NCBI GenBank assembly: GCA_037200965.1
Contig: JBBCGK010000001.1
Span: 672,001-736,000 of the forward strand
DNA: 64,000 nucleotides
Source of the DNA: a bacterium
Lineage (GTDB): Bacteria > Patescibacteriota > Minisyncoccia > Phycocordibacterales > Phycocordibacteraceae
Direction of reading: 5' to 3'
How positions within the stretch are numbered: the first letter of the stretch is position 1; every line of letters begins with the position of its first letter. The notes under the pieces are model-generated. The model saw only the letters and a list, made by a program, of their open reading frames with translations. It did not search any database and was not told the origin of the DNA. Positions 54,156 to 63,880 of this stretch are shown piece by piece. The translations under genes and the position numbers were made by a program.

Positions 54156-55250
54156 ATGGCAACCAAAACGGCAAATTCAGGTCTTCATCAGGCCAAAACT
54201 GCCAAAAAGGACGAGTTTTATACCCAACTCGTTGATATTGAAAAAGAGCTGAAACACTACAAGGACCAATTTCGTGGCAAGGTGATTTTTCTGAATTGTG
54301 ACGATCCGTACGAAAGCAACTTCTTCAAGTATTTCGCTGGTAATTTCAATGCTCTCGGATTAAAGCAGCTTATTGCCACGAGCTACAAGCGATCGCCTAT
54401 TGCCAACACCCAATTAGGACTCTTTACCGATGGTGAGGTAGTGTCCGCAACTAAAGGCCGCCCAAAAGTGACTGCCAACAAATTCGTTATTAACGAAGTT
54501 GATGACATAAATGGTGACGGTTCTTTTGACTTGCGTGATATTGCGGAGCAGCTTAAAGCTAATAAAAATAACGAATGGACTCCATTAGACGGCGAAGGAG
54601 ATTTTCGGAGTCCGGAGAGCGTAGAACTGCTCAAGCAAGCTGATATTGTGGTGACAAACCCGCCCTTCTCGCTTTTCGGCGAGTATATTGATCAACTTGT
54701 TCAATACCAGAAAAAGTTTCTGATATTAGGAAATCAGAACGCTATTAAATATAAAAATGTCTTCAAGCTTATAAAGGAGAATAGGATGTGGCTAGGCTAT
54801 GACAATGGAGGAACGAAATGGTTCCAGGTGCCGGATGACTATGATATACAAACCGAATCAAGAATCAAAATAGAAAACGGTGTGAAATATTTTAGTATGG
54901 GCAGCATTGTGTGGTTTACAAATCTTGACACAACGAAGCGTCACATAGATTTCACAATGTACAAAAAATACAAACCCGAAGCATATTCAAAGTACGATAA
55001 TTACGACGCGATCGAGGTTTCTAGGGTGGTAGAAATACCAATGGACTATGGCGGCGAAATGGGAGTTCCGATTACCTTTTTAGATAAATATAATCCTGAC
55101 CAATTTGAGATTATTGATCTGCTAAACCGATACACCTTGTTTGACTCTCAGCAAACGAACGAAGATGTCAGACGAAGGCACTCCCACACTTGTAATATCA
55201 ATGGCAAGGCCGTATTTTCTCGAATTTTAATAAAGAACAAGCAAATTTGA
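54156..55250 (+). CDS. N6-adenine DNA methyltransferase of the EcoRI-methylase family
   Basis: N-terminal KKDEFYTQLVDIEKELKHYKDQFRGKVIFLNCDDPYESNFFKYFA is typical of the EcoRI_methylase family; catalytic IVVTNPPFS motif. AT-rich. Confidence 0.65.
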   Translation: MATKTANSGLHQAKTAKKDEFYTQLVDIEKELKHYKDQFRGKVIFLNCDDPYESNFFKYFAGNFNALGLKQLIATSYKRSPIANTQLGLFTDGEVVSATKGRPKVTANKFVINEVDDINGDGSFDLRDIAEQLKANKNNEWTPLDGEGDFRSPESVELLKQADIVVTNPPFSLFGEYIDQLVQYQKKFLILGNQNAIKYKNVFKLIKENRMWLGYDNGGTKWFQVPDDYDIQTESRIKIENGVKYFSMGSIVWFTNLDTTKRHIDFTMYKKYKPEAYSKYDNYDAIEVSRVVEIPMDYGGEMGVPITFLDKYNPDQFEIIDLLNRYTLFDSQQTNEDVRRRHSHTCNINGKAVFSRILIKNKQI

Positions 55251-56362
55251 AAATAATTATGAAAATCGAGCTAAATAAGGTTTCGGTCCGTGAAGTGGTG
55301 GCAGAATATAAAGACAGCGCTGAGGAGGGTGTTGTGGCCTATGACGGTAAGCTCGATGTGCGCCCAAAGTATCAGCGAGAATTCGTATATAAAGACAAAC
55401 AACGCGATGCCGTTATTGATACTGTCAGAAAAGGGTTTCCACTTAACGTGATGTATTGGGTAAAGACCGACGAAGGAAATTTTGAAGTATTGGACGGGCA
55501 GCAGAGAACAATCAGTCTCGGTCAGTATGTAAACGGTGACTTCTCTGTTGATTTCAACGGTCGTCTGGCTATGTTCCACAACCTTACCAAAGAAGAGCAG
55601 GAGCAGATTCTGAACTATGAACTGATGATTTATTTCTGCGAAGGAAACGATAAGGAAAAGCTCGATTGGTTCAAGATCATCAATATTGGCGGTGAGCGTC
55701 TAACCGATCAGGAGTTACGCAATGCTGTCTATACCGGTCCGTGGCTTTCTGATGCCAAGCTCAAATTCAGTAAATCAAACTGTGCGGCATACCTCCTCGC
55801 AAACGATGGCGGTGCGCTGCTCAAGGGCTCTCCAATTCGGCAAGAATACTTGGAAACTGCGATCTCATGGATAAATAACGGGGATGTGGCGGGCTACATG
55901 GCAAAACACCAGCACGATGAGAATGCGGAAGAATTATGGAAGTACTTCCAAAGTGTTATTGAGTGGGTACGCAGGACCTTCCCAAACTACCGCAAAGAAA
56001 TGGCGAGCGTAAATTGGGGGGAACTATATAACGAATACAAAGACAAAAAACTCGACGACACAAAACTAGAAGAGGAAATCGCACGATTGATGCAAGACGA
56101 AGATGTAACGAAGAAATCCGGTATTTACCCTTATGTCCTTACGGGCGAGGAACATCACCTTTCAATCCGTGCGTTTAACGACAATATGAAGCGGGAGGCG
56201 TATGAGCGCCAGAAAGGTATCTGTGTGAAATGCGGGAAGAAGTTTGAGATCGAGGAAATGGAAGCCGACCACATTACACCGTGGCACCAGGGAGGAAAAA
56301 CAAAAGCCGAAAATTGCCAGATGCTATGTAAAGACGATAACCGGAGAAAATCTGGAAAATGA
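55247..56362 (+). CDS. DUF262 (ParB/Srx-like, DGQQR motif) N-domain fused to a C-terminal HNH endonuclease
   Basis: VLDGQQRTISL is the DUF262 hallmark. C-terminal CVKCGKKFEIEEMEADHITPWHQGGKTKAENCQMLCKDDNRRK is an HNH/zinc-finger nuclease motif. Its start overlaps the MTase stop (ATGA). Confidence 0.7.
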   Translation: MKIIMKIELNKVSVREVVAEYKDSAEEGVVAYDGKLDVRPKYQREFVYKDKQRDAVIDTVRKGFPLNVMYWVKTDEGNFEVLDGQQRTISLGQYVNGDFSVDFNGRLAMFHNLTKEEQEQILNYELMIYFCEGNDKEKLDWFKIINIGGERLTDQELRNAVYTGPWLSDAKLKFSKSNCAAYLLANDGGALLKGSPIRQEYLETAISWINNGDVAGYMAKHQHDENAEELWKYFQSVIEWVRRTFPNYRKEMASVNWGELYNEYKDKKLDDTKLEEEIARLMQDEDVTKKSGIYPYVLTGEEHHLSIRAFNDNMKREAYERQKGICVKCGKKFEIEEMEADHITPWHQGGKTKAENCQMLCKDDNRRKSGK

Positions 56363-56997
56363 TAATGAAACAAGGAGATCTCCATATCTGGGTAAGAAAA
56401 TTACTCCAACAGCTTCGTACCCAAACCGATTCAAAAGAAGATTTATATACAAATATTCTTCTCTGGGCACACGATAAGCAAGAGTCTGGATTCTCATGGG
56501 AGGAAATGAGATCAAAGTTCTCACTGAATGCAGAACAAGAACATTGGGTTAGGAATATTTTCCTAACTACTTCAGATGGAGATAGGAAATTCTTTGAACA
56601 TTTACGGAACGATGATTCCGTATCACCGAATATTTATTACTACGCTTTAAATGAAAAAGGGATCACAGCGGCAATAAACTACAAGGGCTTGCGACATGCT
56701 GAAAAGAGCAGCACCCAAGCGTTATGGGTCGCAAGTATATCTATTTTTCTGGCAGCTATCGGTTTGTTTTTTACAGTTAAACAAACGAATTTGGCCGAGA
56801 CCCAAAGTATCTCGGAAAGGATAAATCAAGCAAGGAGTATACAATCAGCGCTTGAATTCTGTCAGCAGAATCCTGATTCTCAAGATTCTGGTCTCTATGA
56901 GATCTCGACTGGTAAATCTGCTTCATGTCCTCAAGTAGTGCGTAACTATTCCTCTACCTCCTCACTGTTGGATAGAATCAAAAGTCTGTTTAAGTAA
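56359..56997 (+). CDS. hypothetical protein with one central TM helix; third gene of the operon
   Basis: Its start overlaps the previous stop (ATGA), and the AT-rich composition matches the two upstream genes. Confidence 0.4.
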   Translation: MIMKQGDLHIWVRKLLQQLRTQTDSKEDLYTNILLWAHDKQESGFSWEEMRSKFSLNAEQEHWVRNIFLTTSDGDRKFFEHLRNDDSVSPNIYYYALNEKGITAAINYKGLRHAEKSSTQALWVASISIFLAAIGLFFTVKQTNLAETQSISERINQARSIQSALEFCQQNPDSQDSGLYEISTGKSASCPQVVRNYSSTSSLLDRIKSLFK

Positions 56998-57260
56998 CTG
57001 GAGAATTCGGATTTATTCTATTGAATAATCGATCGCACTCTTTCTTTTAGACGATTTAGGCTGTGGCACCTCAAACCACTCCGGATGAGCTTTATATATA
57101 GCCCTCAATTCCTGTATACTTTTATCAAGTTTCCCGAAGGTAAGCCGTGTTTTTGGTTCGAATTTCGGGACACCGCCTCCGCATCTAACAGCTAGCACCA
57201 GGAACCTCGGGTCTAGCTGGTGTCTAAAAACATCCGGTACTTTCTCTTACTTGTTCAATA

Positions 57261-57296
57261 TAAAAAGGACGGGCCGGAACTGTAGAAGTTCCGGCC
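57261..57296 (-). terminator. intrinsic terminator on the minus strand (GGGCCGGAAC tgtagaa GTTCCGGCCC; the A-run on plus gives a U-run on minus)
   Basis: 10-bp perfect stem with a flanking A5. Confidence 0.45.
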
Positions 57297-57883
57297 CATG
57301 TACTGTGTTCCCGTATTGAGTTTTGTATATTGCTTGATCAGGTGGTCCTACCTGTTGCAGGCGTGAGGAGAGACTTACTCTCCTCACGTTTATAACCTGC
57401 AGGACTTATAGGTCGTCCATACACCATGCGCACATCGACACATGGCTCAACGCTTCAGTCAGGCGTCCGACGGAAGGGGCATGAAACTCATAGGGAGTCA
57501 TATGCACGTCCTTCCATTGAAGTTTCGACGCTATTCCAAAACATTGGTAGCCGTCGCTTTCGCGGTCTGGGTCTTCGAGGTTCTGAACTTCAGAATCCCA
57601 ACTCTGGAAGCCGAGAGCTCCCGCGTCTTTATCTCTAAGATTGTCATCGACAACCTTAAAAATGCCCGCGGATAATTCTTCCACGAGTAGCCACGACCTT
57701 TGTGACAACCGTACGCCCGCAAGGGCGTTTATACGGCCTCCGAGAGAGGACGCATGGTCGGCATGGACGTATATCCGGTGCCGACGGACAAATAGCAATC
57801 TGAACAACTGCTCAACTCCTCTGTTAGATTTTCAGGGAACACAGCGCCTAAAGTGTAACAGTGTACATAACATATGTCAATAC

Positions 57884-58876
57884 CCGGGCTTGAATCCGCT
57901 CCTGAAACGCAACACCTGACGTAGGCTCGGTGGATGAGCCATCACCACCTTTCGCGCGGCGAGCGGGTCGCGCTTGCTGCGTTTCTCCGGACAGGAAAGA
58001 GCCGGGCCGAATGCGCCCGTCTTCTTGGCGTCCACCGCTCGACCATCTCGCGGGAACTGCGGCGCGGCGGTACCGAATACAAGGCGGTCGCCGCAGACAA
58101 GGAAGCCGCACGGCTGCGGAGAGAATCAAAACAACGAGCGCGGAAGATCGAGAACGACCATTCACTCGAACGAGAAATCGTTCGACTCCTGAAGAAGGGA
58201 CACTCTCCCGAACAGGTATCAGAAGAGGTGCGGTTCGTCTCGGACGACGCCATATACGATTGGATTGAACGTTCCCGAAAAGATCTCGCGGTACTCCTGC
58301 CCCAGCGCGGCAAGGTGCGCCGCCGGTACGGGAAGAATACGGGCGCGGTCCAAGGATGGACGAAATCCGTACGCAGTATCGCAGAGCGACCGAAGGCGGC
58401 GAACGACCGCTCCCGCATCGGCGACTGGGAAGGAGATACGGTCGCCGGACGGGATCGCGCCCGTCTGCTCGTGCATGTCGACCGGAAGAGCCGGTTCATC
58501 CTGGCCACGATCACGGCAAACGGGACTGCCGATACGATCCATGCCGCTGCGGGAGCCTCGTTCAAGGGACTTCCCGTTCGAACCATCACGTATGACCGCG
58601 GCAGCGAGTTCGCTCTCTGGCGCATGATTGAGCGCGATACCGGCGCAACCGTGTACTTCGCGAACGCGCATCATCCGTGGGAACGGGGCACGAGCGAGAA
58701 CTCGAACGGCCTCCTGCGGCGGTTCTTTCCGAAAGGAACGCCGATCGGCGAGAAGCTCCAGCGGGACGTTGACCGGGCCGTGCGGCTCATCAATCATCGG
58801 CCGAGGAAATGTCTCGGCTGGAAGACGCCCTGCCGCGTGTTTGGCCGCTGTTGCGTTTCAGGCTAGGATTCAAGCC
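57884..58876 (+). mobile_element. intact IS30-family insertion sequence (~990 bp) with ~30-bp imperfect terminal inverted repeats
   Basis: Left IR GGGCTTGAATCCGCTCCTGAAACGCAACAC at 57886-57915; right IR (reverse complement TGGCTTGAATCCTAGCCTGAAACGCAACAG) at 58845-58874. A single transposase ORF lies between them, and its stop falls inside the right IR. Confidence 0.75.
57934..58866 (+). CDS. IS30-family DDE transposase
   Basis: 310 aa; N-terminal HTH (LGVHRSTISRELRRG) and DDE region (GDWEGDTV ... TITYDRGSEF ... HPWERGTSENSNGLLRRFFPKGT). Confidence 0.85.
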   Translation: MSHHHLSRGERVALAAFLRTGKSRAECARLLGVHRSTISRELRRGGTEYKAVAADKEAARLRRESKQRARKIENDHSLEREIVRLLKKGHSPEQVSEEVRFVSDDAIYDWIERSRKDLAVLLPQRGKVRRRYGKNTGAVQGWTKSVRSIAERPKAANDRSRIGDWEGDTVAGRDRARLLVHVDRKSRFILATITANGTADTIHAAAGASFKGLPVRTITYDRGSEFALWRMIERDTGATVYFANAHHPWERGTSENSNGLLRRFFPKGTPIGEKLQRDVDRAVRLINHRPRKCLGWKTPCRVFGRCCVSG

Positions 58877-58943
58877 ACCCTGTCGTGCGTTTGAGCTTCC
58901 AGTCCCATCTCTCCTAGAGAGACCGGGACGAGGAAGCCTCGCT

Positions 58944-59597
58944 TCAACGAACAGGTACGGAGTTTGGAACCGTAATGGAAGGAAGCCCGTGCGCGGCGAG
59001 CCGGGCATTTTCGAGTTCGAGGAGTTTCGCTCCAAAAGCTGTCGATCGCGCTGAAAGGATAACGTGATAACGGCGACCGCCGTTACGGAGGTCGGCTTTG
59101 GCGCCTTGCCCGGTTCCTATGTACGCATCGAATATTTTATGGGCAATTTTCTCCTGCTCGGGGACAGGAAGCGCGGCTATACGCGCAAGGGATTCGGACG
59201 GCAATACGCCGTTATGCTTTGGTGACTCAAACTCGAGAACGATGGCATGTTCGACTACCGCAAGCTCACCGAGCTTTGCGAGTTCCTGAGAGAAAAGGGT
59301 ATGTTCAACGGCTTTTTGGAAAGCCGCGCCATTGGCACGACTGAAGAAACCTCCCGAGACCGGATAGAATTTATGCGCAAGCAGGAACTGCGCGTCTGTG
59401 TCCAAATCGGCAATTCGATCCGCAAGCTTTTGTATCTCGGACTCAGATACGATTGCGTGACTATGCAGCATCTCAAGCAATCCTGGCACGACATCTAATC
59501 CCTCACCAAAGGAGGGGCGATGGGGAGTCTTTTCAGAAGCCGTAACCGCGCCATGACGACCTGCTCCGGCAGGGAAAATTTCTTCAGGATGTCTCAT
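58944..59597 (-). CDS. hypothetical protein (weak call)
   Basis: 217-aa ORF between the IS30 copy and a solo IS30 IR; no recognisable domain. Confidence 0.3.
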   Translation of the reverse strand: MRHPEEIFPAGAGRHGAVTASEKTPHRPSFGEGLDVVPGLLEMLHSHAIVSESEIQKLADRIADLDTDAQFLLAHKFYPVSGGFFSRANGAAFQKAVEHTLFSQELAKLGELAVVEHAIVLEFESPKHNGVLPSESLARIAALPVPEQEKIAHKIFDAYIGTGQGAKADLRNGGRRYHVILSARSTAFGAKLLELENARLAAHGLPSITVPNSVPVR

Positions 59598-59890
59598 GAA
59601 GTCATGATATCACCATCTTGAATGAAGACCAATGCCAGGCCGGAGGAGTTGCGTAATCCTCCTTGAACTATTAATTCGGGGAGGATGCATTATGCAACAC
59701 AGGGCAAGAGCACGCAACTACGAATCTTGAATTAGACCCCGAAGTGCACCACTGACCCCAAATGACCTCCTCCCCGGGCTCCGCTTCGCTGCGCCCGGGG
59801 TTTCCTTTTGCGGCGCTTGCGCGTGACCGCTCCGCATTCATCCCCGCGCTTGCGGGGATGAGGGATATGCGCGGGGTTTCCTGCGAACAC

Positions 59891-59924
59891 AAAAAAGCAC
59901 ATACCCGGCCGGGTATGTGCTTTT
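59891..59924. terminator. bidirectional intrinsic terminator (AAAAAA GCACATACCCGG/CCGGGTATGTGC TTTT)
   Basis: 12-bp perfect palindromic stem flanked by an A-run and a T-run. Confidence 0.7.
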
Positions 59925-59942
59925 CAAGAAGTCAGTTGTTGC

Positions 59943-59972
59943 GTTTCAGGCTCGAATTTAAGGGGAATAGTC
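59943..59972. repeat. solo IS30 terminal-inverted-repeat-like sequence (GTTGTTGCGTTTCAGGCTCGAATTTAAGG)
   Basis: Closely matches the right IR of the intact IS30 copy (GCTGTTGCGTTTCAGGCTAGGATTCAAGCC); no transposase adjacent. Confidence 0.45.
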
Positions 59973-60091
59973 GTCTGTCCGCCATCGTTTCGCCCAATCC
60001 CGAATTCGAGAGTAAATAATCGGTACTTAAGGAGGTTTTCACCGTCCAACTCAAAGTCCCACCCCCTCCTCAAACACGCTAGAATGCTCCC

Positions 60092-61021
60092 ATGCTCAAT
60101 AACGCCTTCATTCTCATCGTCGCCCTCTATCTGCTCGGGAAGGGCTCGACCATGGCGACCGCGTACGCCGGAAGGCTTGCGGAGAGCTTCCGTCTCTCGA
60201 GGTACACCGTCGGCTTCCTCGTTGTCGCCGTCATCTCGATACTTCCGGAGACGTTCGTTTCCATAAACGCGGCCATAAGCGGGATACCGTCGTTCGGCCT
60301 CGGCGTCCTGTTCGGCTCGAATATCGCCGACCTCACGCTCATCTTCGCGATCCTCATCTTTTGCGCGGGGAGAAGCCTTAAGGTCGAGAGCAAGATCCTG
60401 AAAAACCAGGCCGCATATCCGTTTCTCCTGCTGTTTCCGCTCATCCTCGGCCTTGACGGATATTTCTCGCGGCTCGAGGGAGCCGCCCTCATCGTCGCCG
60501 GTGCGGCGTTCTATTACCTCGTCTTGCGGGAAGGAATGGACAAGGCCGCGCCGGCGGCTAGCGATACCGGCCGCTACGCGAGTCTCGGGATGCTGCTTCT
60601 TGGCATGGCGGTGCTGCTTATCGGCGCGCACTTCGCCGTCACGTCGGCCGCGGCCCTTGCCGGCGGCCTGGGAATAAGCCCGATACTTGTCGGCATGCTT
60701 ATCGTGGGCCTCGGGACGACCATGCCCGAACTGTTCTTCTCGTTGCGCGCGGTCAGGAAGAAGGACGACCCGCTCGCGATCGGCGATCTGCTCGGGACGG
60801 TGCTCGCCGACGCCACGATCGTGGTCGGCATTCTCGCGCTTGCAAGCCCGTTCGCGTTCCCGCAGAAGATCATCTATATAACCGGCGCGTTCATGGTGGC
60901 CGCGGCATTCACGCTGTTCTATTTCATGCGCTCGGGGCGCTCTCTTACCCGGCGGGAAGCGTGCGTCCTTGTGGCTTTTTGGGTAACGTTCGTCGCGGTC
61001 GAGTTCTTCGCGAATACGTAG
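60092..61021 (+). CDS. CaCA-family cation/Ca2+ antiporter (YrbG-like)
   Basis: 309 aa, two internal repeats each with alpha-repeat motifs (GSNIADLTLIFAI, GTTMPELFFSL). Confidence 0.75.
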   Translation: MLNNAFILIVALYLLGKGSTMATAYAGRLAESFRLSRYTVGFLVVAVISILPETFVSINAAISGIPSFGLGVLFGSNIADLTLIFAILIFCAGRSLKVESKILKNQAAYPFLLLFPLILGLDGYFSRLEGAALIVAGAAFYYLVLREGMDKAAPAASDTGRYASLGMLLLGMAVLLIGAHFAVTSAAALAGGLGISPILVGMLIVGLGTTMPELFFSLRAVRKKDDPLAIGDLLGTVLADATIVVGILALASPFAFPQKIIYITGAFMVAAAFTLFYFMRSGRSLTRREACVLVAFWVTFVAVEFFANT

Positions 61022-61206
61022 GCCTGCTGGCACCAGGCGCGAAAATCGTTCCGGCGGCGCGTCATCTACTCCTTGGCTCGTACCTGTCCTAGCGGGGTAC
61101 GTGGCGTAAGCCGCGCGCGTAAAAACCAGGGGTATTTCCACGCTTTTTAAGCGTGGTACTCTGGTCACAATCCGGGCCGCACCGCATGAGCGTGGCCACT
61201 TAATTT

Positions 61207-62991
61207 ATGAGCAACGCTCCACGTCAAAAGAAAGAAGAATCACCGTCGACCGTCACGGTGTTCCGCTTCGTGGCCGGCTATTGGAAGCGGCAGCCGAAGA
61301 AGCTGGCGCTCATCCTGTTCCTCTTCGTTACCGCGACCTTTCTCGAAGCGAAGCTCCCCGACGCGCTTTCGTCGTTCCTCGAATCGATCCGCGTCTACGA
61401 CCACGACCCCGCTCCGATACTGTGGTACTTGGGACTGTTCCTCGGCACCTATTTTTCGTACGTCATCCTCCGGAACGTGGCGTCCTTCGTCTATAACTCG
61501 TTTGAGACGCGCATCTTCACCGAACTCGTCAACGACATATTCGTGCACGTGCAGTACTTATCGGAGCGCTTCTTCGTGAACACGTTCGCCGGAAGCATTA
61601 TCACGAAGGTCAAGCGCGGGAGGGATCGGATCGAGACGTTCGAGGATCAACTCATACTCCGCCTCCTTCCGACCGCGGTCATCCTCACGAGCAGCGCCGT
61701 CCTTTTGTATTTCCGGTTTCCGACCCTTGCCATCGCGCTCGCCGCGTATCTGGTTATCGTGATCGTCGTAAGCGTGGTGATGGTCTTGCGGTTCGCGGGG
61801 CCAGCCCAGGGGCTCTATGCGAGCACGGAAGACGTATTCGGCGCTCATCTGGCGGACAGTATTGCCAGCATCGCGACGACGAAGGCGTACGCCCAGGAAC
61901 GGAAGGAGATCGGCAGGTTTTTTTCCGTCACGGAACTGTTGCGCGCGAGAAACCTGAGCGCCTACTACCGCGGGAACGCCACCGGCTTCCTTCAGCAGGC
62001 CATGCTCGGAGGAATGCTCGCGCTCCTTCTTGGGGGAGGCACGTGGTATTTCCTCCATGGCCAGGCAAGTATCGAAGACATGGCCTATCTTGCGTTCGCC
62101 TATAACATCATGCAGTCATACGTGCGGGAGGTCGGCGAGAATATCAAAAACCTCCTCACGTCGTCGTACGACCTGCACGCGGTCGTCGAACTCATGCAGG
62201 AAGTCCCGCATGTGCGGGATGCCCCGAACGCTCCCGCGCTTAACGTAGCCGGCGGCGCGATAGCGTGGAACGACGTCAGCTTTACCTATCCCGGGAAAAA
62301 GACTCCTATCTTCGAGCATTTTTCCCTTTCGATACGGGCTGGCGAGCGCGTCGCGCTTGTGGGGCACTCCGGAAGCGGCAAGACGACCTTCGTGCGGCTC
62401 CTCCAGCGCCTCTATGACGTGCAGGGCGGCGATATTCACATAGACGGACAGAATCTCAAGGAGATCGCGCAAAGCTCGCTTCGTAACGCGATCGCGCTTG
62501 TTCCCCAGGATCCCGTCCTCTTCCACCGGAGCCTCAAGGATAATATCGCGTACGCGACCCCGAACGCGACGCTCGACGACGTCAGGAGTGCCGCTACAAA
62601 AGCCCATATCGACGAGTTCATCATGCAGCTCCCCGAGCAGTACGAGACCCTGGTCGGCGAACGGGGCATCAAGTTATCGGGCGGAGAGCGTCAGCGCGTC
62701 GCTATCGCGCGCGCCATTCTCTCTGACCGGCCCATACTCATACTCGACGAGGCTACGAGCTCCCTGGACTCCGCGAGCGAACGGGCCATACAGGACGCGC
62801 TGCAGGCGCTCACCCACGGGCGCACGTCCATCATGGTGGCCCACCGCCTCTCGACCATCCAAGACGCCGATCGGATACTCGTCTTTGACGGCGGGCGCAT
62901 AATCGAGGAGGGAACCCATGCCGAGCTCGTCAAAAGGGAAAACGGAGCATACGCGCAGTTCTTCAAGCTCCAGTCGGGAGGATATGTTTGA
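61207..62991 (+). CDS. ABC exporter, fused permease plus ATP-binding domain
   Basis: Six-TM half, then Walker A GHSGSGKTT, LSGGERQRVAIARA and ILILDEATSSLD. Confidence 0.85.
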   Translation: MSNAPRQKKEESPSTVTVFRFVAGYWKRQPKKLALILFLFVTATFLEAKLPDALSSFLESIRVYDHDPAPILWYLGLFLGTYFSYVILRNVASFVYNSFETRIFTELVNDIFVHVQYLSERFFVNTFAGSIITKVKRGRDRIETFEDQLILRLLPTAVILTSSAVLLYFRFPTLAIALAAYLVIVIVVSVVMVLRFAGPAQGLYASTEDVFGAHLADSIASIATTKAYAQERKEIGRFFSVTELLRARNLSAYYRGNATGFLQQAMLGGMLALLLGGGTWYFLHGQASIEDMAYLAFAYNIMQSYVREVGENIKNLLTSSYDLHAVVELMQEVPHVRDAPNAPALNVAGGAIAWNDVSFTYPGKKTPIFEHFSLSIRAGERVALVGHSGSGKTTFVRLLQRLYDVQGGDIHIDGQNLKEIAQSSLRNAIALVPQDPVLFHRSLKDNIAYATPNATLDDVRSAATKAHIDEFIMQLPEQYETLVGERGIKLSGGERQRVAIARAILSDRPILILDEATSSLDSASERAIQDALQALTHGRTSIMVAHRLSTIQDADRILVFDGGRIIEEGTHAELVKRENGAYAQFFKLQSGGYV

Positions 62992-63142
62992 GTGCGCGTA
63001 ATAGCGCCTGTCTCAATCAGTAGAGCTTTAACGCTCGGTATATCGTCGATTTAATCTGCGCTGCTTCAAAACAGGTCTCAATAAGCTCCGACGCAGTCAA
63101 GCAGCGGAACCGCCCGAGAGCGTGCCGTGCTAGAGTTTCCGG

Positions 63143-63880
63143 ATGTTTTCGACCGAACACCTTCTCGTTTACGGAGTGCTGGGCGTTACTACGTTCGTCA
63201 ATATCGTGGTGCCCATATCGGGCTCCGCGGTCGTAACTCCTCTTCTCGCGCTTTTCACCGACCCGCATCAGGCTATCGGGATTGCTTCGGCATTTTTCGT
63301 CATAAACGGCGTCGTCCGCGCGTTTATCTTCCGCGCCAGTATTCAATGGTCGGAGGTTCGCGTCCTGCTTCTTCCGTCGGTCATCGCCGCTGCCATCGGT
63401 GCGCTTGCGCTCGTCGCCGTTCCCGAAGCGTGGTTGTTGGTTATCATTTTCTTTTTCTCGCTATACTTTCTCCTTAAGAAGCTGCGGATCAGTCCCAAGC
63501 GCGGAAAGCCGTCCCCGATCCTAAATCATTCCGTTGGAGCGTTTTCGGGTTTCCTGCAAGGAACAGGGCTGGCGGGCAGCGACCTGCGCAATCAATACTT
63601 GTATGCGCAGAATCTGAACATCGCCGAAGTCCATGGCACGACATCGCTTGTCGGCGCAGCGAATTTCTTTGTAGCAACCGCTATCCGGTTGTATACGGGC
63701 CAGCTCACGTTGCCGACAATCGAGCCGCTCGTATATCTGCTTCCCATCGTTATTCTGGCGATATGGCTTGGAAAGCGCGCGCTCTACCACATCCCCCCAA
63801 AAGTCTCAGATCGTATTGTGCTTGGCATCATGGTCATCGTCGTACTTTCCCTCGGGTATGAAATCCTGACAAGATTCTAG
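63143..63880 (+). CDS. TSUP (TauE/SafE) family membrane transporter
   Basis: 245 aa, ~7-8 TM with an internal repeat and glycine-rich helices. Confidence 0.7.
   Translation: MFSTEHLLVYGVLGVTTFVNIVVPISGSAVVTPLLALFTDPHQAIGIASAFFVINGVVRAFIFRASIQWSEVRVLLLPSVIAAAIGALALVAVPEAWLLVIIFFFSLYFLLKKLRISPKRGKPSPILNHSVGAFSGFLQGTGLAGSDLRNQYLYAQNLNIAEVHGTTSLVGAANFFVATAIRLYTGQLTLPTIEPLVYLLPIVILAIWLGKRALYHIPPKVSDRIVLGIMVIVVLSLGYEILTRF

Noticed and set aside
57406-57807. 133-aa minus-strand ORF in the AT-rich IS30 flank
   Set aside because: No RBS and odd composition; overlapped by other short ORFs. More likely non-coding flank DNA.
59790-59885. The region interpreted as a CRISPR array
   Set aside because: Only one convincing repeat unit, with no regular repeat-spacer periodicity and no cas genes in the window. 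Kept only as a low-interest finding.
61138-61156. Hairpin CCACGCTTtttAAGCGTGG after the antiporter gene
   Set aside because: Short 8-bp stem with no adjacent U-tract on either strand; not convincing as a terminator.
59924-61168. 414-aa minus-strand ORF
   Set aside because: Antisense to the CaCA antiporter gene; Arg/Asp/Glu-rich low complexity.
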